Shown: positions 58,680 to 64,000 of the stretch, in pieces
How positions within the stretch are numbered: position 1 is the stretch's first letter
Layout: each line of letters opens with the position of its first letter
Assembly (NCBI GenBank): GCA_964016885.1
Contig: OZ024753.1
Coordinates: 11,346,001-11,410,000 of the forward strand
DNA length: 64,000 nt
Reading direction: 5' to 3'
Source: Eledone cirrhosa
Taxonomy: Eukaryota
Made by a program: the position numbers and the translations under genes
The notes under the pieces: generated by a model
What the model was told of the DNA's origin: nothing
Seen by the model: the letters and a program-made list of their open reading frames with translations, nothing else
Databases searched by the model: none

Positions 58680-58994
58680 TATAAAAGGGGTTTGATTGGT
58701 GTTATGGACTCTACCAACCAAACACTCAAGAACAAAGAGTAAATATATATACAAAGAGTATATATATATATATTGATTAGTTAAGCAAAACAAGACCACA
58801 AATTGCACAAGGAAGACATTATTAAAAGATTGTCAACATATTTTGTTTGATGTAAGGAATGTAGAGAATAATAATAATAATAATATTAATAATAATAATG
58901 CCCGTTTACAATTGTTTCGCTACTCCGTATAATATTTCTGGATCAGATGACTATGTATCATAATTGATTCTCTTTAAGATTGGTTACTCTTGAA

Positions 58995-59042
<48 letters not shown>

Positions 59043-59044
<2 letters not shown>

Positions 59045-59261
59045 CGAAGGAAATGTTGTAAGGAACCAGATGGACCATAACGCACCAAAGTACTCAATAC
59101 TTAGGGTAGTAGAGTGGGTAATAGGAAGGAGTCGGACCCCGACGGCTGAGCTCAAGCCGTTTCGACGGCTAATTCTGGTCTAAAATCTTAGTCCAGAATC
59201 ATTTTAGTCCAGAATTAGCCGTCGAAACGGCTTGAGCTCAGCCGTCGGGGTCCTACTCGTT

Positions 59262-59264
<3 letters not shown>
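59043..59264. mobile_element. Family J fold-back copy
   Basis: Complex centre at 59178-59207; both ends in (TA)n. Confidence 0.8.
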
Positions 59265-59299
<35 letters not shown>

Positions 59300-59307
<8 letters not shown>

Positions 59308-59495
59308 TCGGCTGAAAGGTTCCTAGGCTAACCAAAATACTCATGGAATCACCAAATAAGGTTTATTTTTAAACATTTAAGTCCCTGGGGTCCCCGGAGA
59401 GAAACAATGCAGTTGAAATTATTGCATGCAAGATTTCACAGCTCTAGCATCAATCCTTCATTGTCAACATAAGAACATTTGAGTCTACCCTCGTA
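59300..59495. mobile_element. Decayed mariner-type MITE
   Basis: Ends TATGATGGTCGGCTGAAAGGTTC and GAACATTTGAGTCTACCCTCGTA are degenerate TACGAGGGT-type TIRs. Confidence 0.5.
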
Positions 59496-60084
59496 TATAT
59501 ATAATTACTGGGTTCGCCATTTTCATGATCATATTTCAAATGCAAAACATTTACAATAATCAACAGATGGAAGGAATTTAGTAAAATAACTAAATAAAAA
59601 AATATCTAGCTAATTCTTGGAGCTTAACGTGATAAGGCTTCTCATAAAATATATAATGGAAGTTTTAAAATAAATATATATATAATTCAAAGAGAGAATG
59701 TTAGTGCTGCAGAATAATAAGCGGTTTCAGGCAGTTTGGTGTCAAACAGGAACTGGAGAAAATTGTCTGTAAACGCACGTCGTTTATAAAACTAAACACG
59801 TCCATAGATTTTATCTACGTATTTCTCTGTAGTTCGAAAAATGGTAATCACCTTGAGCTGACGTACGAATCTCTTGTGTACTACAACTTTTCAGAACACA
59901 ATTTAATATATAATTGAATTAACTATAGCTGTAAGTACGAATATTAAGTAAATCGGCACATTCACTTCGTTGTTCTTACCAACTTTGGTGAGTTTATATT
60001 TATAAAGCATAACGCACTGTAACATTAACTAAAATTCGCGTCTCATTGTTCACCTTTATCTTTCTCTCTCTCTTATAAATATGT

Positions 60085-60390
60085 ATATATATATATAAAA
60101 CAGGGAATGTCTCTCTGTCTGTCCGATCATTAAAACTTGAGAACCGCCCAACCGATTGTTTTCGAACTTTACACATGTAATACCAATGGTACTGTGAGTG
60201 TTTTGATCAAAAGAAATTTCAATTTTTCAATGCCCTAGGGACCGCATTAGGCGTTTTAGCGATCTCTCTCTATAATTCTTAGTCTCTCTCTTTTTAGATA
60301 GATACATAGATATAAAGTTGCACCTTTATAATATCTGGCTGTCTGCATTACAACATTATGACGCGGTGTGTGTGTATATATGTATATATA

Positions 60391-60442
<52 letters not shown>

Positions 60443-60581
60443 TATATATGTACAGTGTGTATATATAGTGTATACATTTTTCGAAATATTTACTTCTGCG
60501 TTCACAGATTGATGTTTTTAGTTTCAGGAGATCCCGTTAAGGGTGAAAGCAGCGATTCTTTTCTTAAACGTTAATCTGTTA

Positions 60582-60647
<66 letters not shown>

Positions 60648-60835
60648 TATATTCGTGTACAGATATTTACAAAAGTGTAACAAAAGTATTTATTTCGCGA
60701 TAAAGTATTAACTTTCTTCTCACAGAAATAAACTCTGGTAATCTACGACGAATTTTTTTTATAAGCACAAAATGTAGTCACCATCCCGAGGCCGAGGTAT
60801 TCCGTACTTCTCTGTACTGTTATATATATATACAA

Positions 60836-60870
<35 letters not shown>

Positions 60871-61019
60871 ATTATATAATCGAGTACAGATATTTTTGCA
60901 TACACAATAACAACATATAAACAAACGTATTTATTTCACGGAGCTCGATAAGGATTATATATATCAAAGATATAAGAACCCTAGAGCAAATCCCGAGCAA
61001 CGCCGGGCTATTCTGCTAG
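60085..61019 (+). mobile_element. Non-autonomous Helitron-like element
   Basis: 3' hairpin CCCG-AGCAACGC-CGGG (60992-61007) then CTAG (61016-61019) and T; 5' TATATAAAACAGGGAATGTCT is approximate. Confidence 0.6.
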
Positions 61020-61085
61020 TATATATATATATATATAGTAATAATAGTAAATGTGAAGATTAAAATCCTAGGTGGGCTCGAAAGG

Positions 61086-61122
<37 letters not shown>

Positions 61123-61139
61123 CATATAACAAATATTTA

Positions 61140-61248
61140 TTAGAATAACAGATTAAAGTTTAAACAAAGAATCGCTGGTTTCACCCGGGATCCCGTTAAG
61201 GGCGAAATCACCGATTCTTGGCTTAAACTTTAATCTGTTATTTAATAT
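61140..61248. mobile_element. Short fold-back element (single-arm copy at 60525-60590)
   Basis: AATAACAGATTAAAGTTTAA...TTAAACTTTAATCTGTTATT with central GATCCC-GTTAA-GGGC-GAAA. Confidence 0.55.
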
Positions 61249-61509
61249 CTATATATCTATATATATATATATATCTATAAATATCTATCTATATATATAT
61301 ATATCTATAAATATCTATCTAAATATATATATCTATAAATATCTATCTATCTATCTATATCTATAAATATCTATCTATCTATCTATATCTATAAATATCT
61401 ATCTATCTATCTATATCTATAAATATCTATCTATATATATATATATCTATAAATATCTATCTAAATATATATATCTATAAATATCTATCTATCTATCTAT
61501 ATCTATAAA

Positions 61510-61584
<75 letters not shown>

Positions 61585-61588
61585 ATAT
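61245..61588. repeat. (ATCT)n-derived repeat
   Basis: Direct inspection. Confidence 0.9.
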
Positions 61589-61589
61589 A

Positions 61590-62004
61590 CAGTGTACCCG
61601 CAACATGCATGGCCCCGGTTATTCACGTATTTTCCCTTAGAACCTAACTAATTATTGTTGATAGAAGCCACCGCATATTCGCGGAACCGGAAATATCTTC
61701 CGCGACTTTTCATGGCTTTTTGCGTGGCAATATATATTTCTTTAAACGCTAAATTATTAATAACAATATATCGTATTTACCGATCTATCGGACGCCCCTT
61801 CGCATAAGACGCTCCTTCATGGTTAAAAGTACCAGTAATGCACTGGTTAATTGCTGGCCCTGTGCCAAAAGTAGAAACAATTATATTTTGCGTTATAATT
61901 TGACGTTTATAGGCATTTATATGGACAACGTCCAATATTCGCTGTTTTTTTACCCTTTGCGGGTACTCTAGGAACTTATCTCCGCGAATACCAGTGGACA
62001 AGTG
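61590..62004 (-). mobile_element. Tigger/pogo-like MITE with a SINE tail inserted at about 61826-61885
   Basis: Reverse-complement homologue of 58156-58522. Confidence 0.65.
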
Positions 62005-63208
62005 TGTGTGTGCGTGTATATATATATATATATATATATATGGACAGAGAGACATGTATAGATCTAAACCTTTGTTAGCAATATATGTCTTATTTTCAAA
62101 CACTTTGTTTTATAAGCTAACTGGATGGCTGTTAATGATTGCTTCTTAATGATGAAACTGTAATTTGTATTAAGGCAATCCTAGAATTGCAAATGGCTTA
62201 TTTAACTTTGAATTACCATATCCCTTCTTTTAAAGTGTTCCCATAGTAATTATGTGCTAATATAAACATTTACTTAACACTAACGAAGAGAATATTGAAG
62301 TGAATTTCACCTGTCTCGCTCTCAAGAATCTGCAATCTTATGTCATTACATTTAACTCAAATGATAAAGACCAAATCTCAAATAATTTCCATTCATGATT
62401 CAACTAATTCCACACTGCTTACGTTGGCAATATATTTCAAGCATTAGCAAATCTACATGCTGTACACCTCTCTCACATAGATTAAATATTTTATGTAGCA
62501 AGTGAAAAAAATGCGTCAAAAAATGTATTGCTCATACAAAGGTTATGGCTAAATATAATGGAAAGCTTAATTCATGGATCGAAAATCTATTTCAGTCAAA
62601 TCATCCATTAAACTTAACTGACTTTACAAATATAAAGGCAGCATTGTGTTTATATTACATACATATAGACTGCTGCAGTTCATATACATATTTCTAGAAT
62701 AACCTTGCATCTTTCAAACTATAACACCAGAAATAGTAACAGGAACGATTAAATACCATATATATATAAAAATATATAAGAACAAATAAAACTGAAATCT
62801 ATGTAAGAAATCTTATGAAATAAAATATCCAAGCTTAAATAAACAGTTTAACATATAAGATAAATATGATTTGGTAGTATTTTTTATTTGTTAGTATTTT
62901 ATTATTTACTTAAATTGCTTGCAGTTTTTAGTTTTGCAATAAAAATATATTTTGTAGCGAACTTGAATTTACATAATAAAAAAGAACAAATATATTTATT
63001 CGTACATTGTTTGAATTTAAATGGTAAATTCGACTGGTAAACATACGCGAAAAAATAGTTGATATTAAAAATATATATCTGCTAATATAAATGGAGGAAG
63101 AAAAATATATGCAAATAGCGGTAGATTCTTCGTCGTTCTCAACGATGAGCATCATTTGTTCGATTAACTGAATTTCTAATCATCGAACAGTAAAGATAAT
63201 ACAAAAAA

Positions 63209-63375
63209 TAATTGTTTCTACTTTAGGCACAAGGCCACCAATTACCCAGTGCATTACTGGTACTTTATTTTATCGACCCCGTAAGGATGAAAGGCAAAGT
63301 TAACCTCGGCGGGATTTGAACTCAGAATGGCAAGGGCCGTAACTCTATGCGCCAAAGCATGGCATCCGACACTCT
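63209..63375 (-). mobile_element. SINE family 1
   Basis: Near full copy. Confidence 0.85.
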
Positions 63376-63415
63376 AAAAAATAATACTACCCACTGTGTA
63401 AACAAGCAATGAAAC

Positions 63416-63449
<34 letters not shown>

Positions 63450-63505
63450 CACATGGTTGACGGCTAAGAGAAAGGAGTACTCAATACCGAAGTAGAGTGT
63501 TAATA

Positions 63506-63659
63506 TTCATTTTATTAAAGCTGAATAGTGAGTCTTGTTTCTCCGGTGTTTCGCCTGTTTATCACAAGTTCATTAGATAAGAACAAGGTCTGATGATCCT
63601 GTGATAAACAAGCGAAACGCCAGAATACAAGACTCCCTGTTCGCCCATAATAAAATGAA
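63506..63659. mobile_element. Short fold-back element
   Basis: TTCATTTTATT...AATAAAATGAA ends; diverged arms; hammerhead cores near the centre. Confidence 0.6.
63587..63625 (+). ncRNA. Hammerhead core in fold-back element (inverted mate at about 63543-63577)
   Basis: CTGATGA(63590)-TCCTGT-GATAA-ACAAGC-GAAAC; the mate reads CTAATGA-ACTTGT-GATAA-ACAGGC-GAAAC; no clear NUH. Confidence 0.5.
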
Positions 63660-63815
63660 CACACACACACACACACACACATACTTATTATATGTAAACA
63701 GTAAACGGAAACGGAAATGGTGTATGTATATGGCGGATTAGACACTATATTTATGTATAATAAATATATATAAGTGTTGGTACGAATGTTTTAATATGTG
63801 ATAGCTTTATATATA

Positions 63816-64000
63816 CTAGCAGCAGTACCCAGCGTTGCCTGGGTAGGTAAAATAATATCTGCTTTCATGAAAAGGTGTTGATCTTAGCGACGGCTTTTCG
63901 ATGGCTCATCTATGGCCACACACAGCCCATGTGGGGGAGGGTGGTGATGACCTCTATCACTGAGAAACGCGGGTGACTGACGAAGGGGCATGCTGTGGGA
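63816..64000 (-). mobile_element. Helitron-like 3' end, runs out of the window
   Basis: A-CTAG-CAGCAGT-ACCCAG-CGTTGC-CTGGGT hairpin, homologous to the other two ends. Confidence 0.6.

Overview
AT-rich eukaryotic, repeat-dominated DNA with no recognisable host protein-coding exon. The SINE families and the density of (TA)n suggest an octopus/cephalopod intergenic or intronic region (inference). It contains very long (TA)n, (GA)n, (CA)n and ACC/AAC simple repeats, about 25 copies or fragments of two tRNA-derived SINE families, a 5'-truncated CR1/L2-group LINE with an open 437-codon RT frame, and RTE and CRE LINE 3' fragments. It also has Tc1/mariner- and pogo-type MITEs, three non-autonomous Helitron ends, and three tandem arrays (46 bp, 53/54 bp, 107 bp). 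The main signal missed by the ORF track is a set of about 18 minimal type I hammerhead-ribozyme motifs read by eye: CUGANGA, stem II, GAAA, a short palindromic stem III, NUH, usually followed by AATAAA. About half are intact and the rest are variant or degenerate. They belong to many unrelated short elements that sit in (TA)n tracts and often form fold-back palindromes, the expected footprint of non-autonomous Penelope-like retroelements. The 107-bp satellite is a tandemly amplified piece of an RTE LINE coding region. All family assignments are by motif recognition only; no database search or folding program was run.
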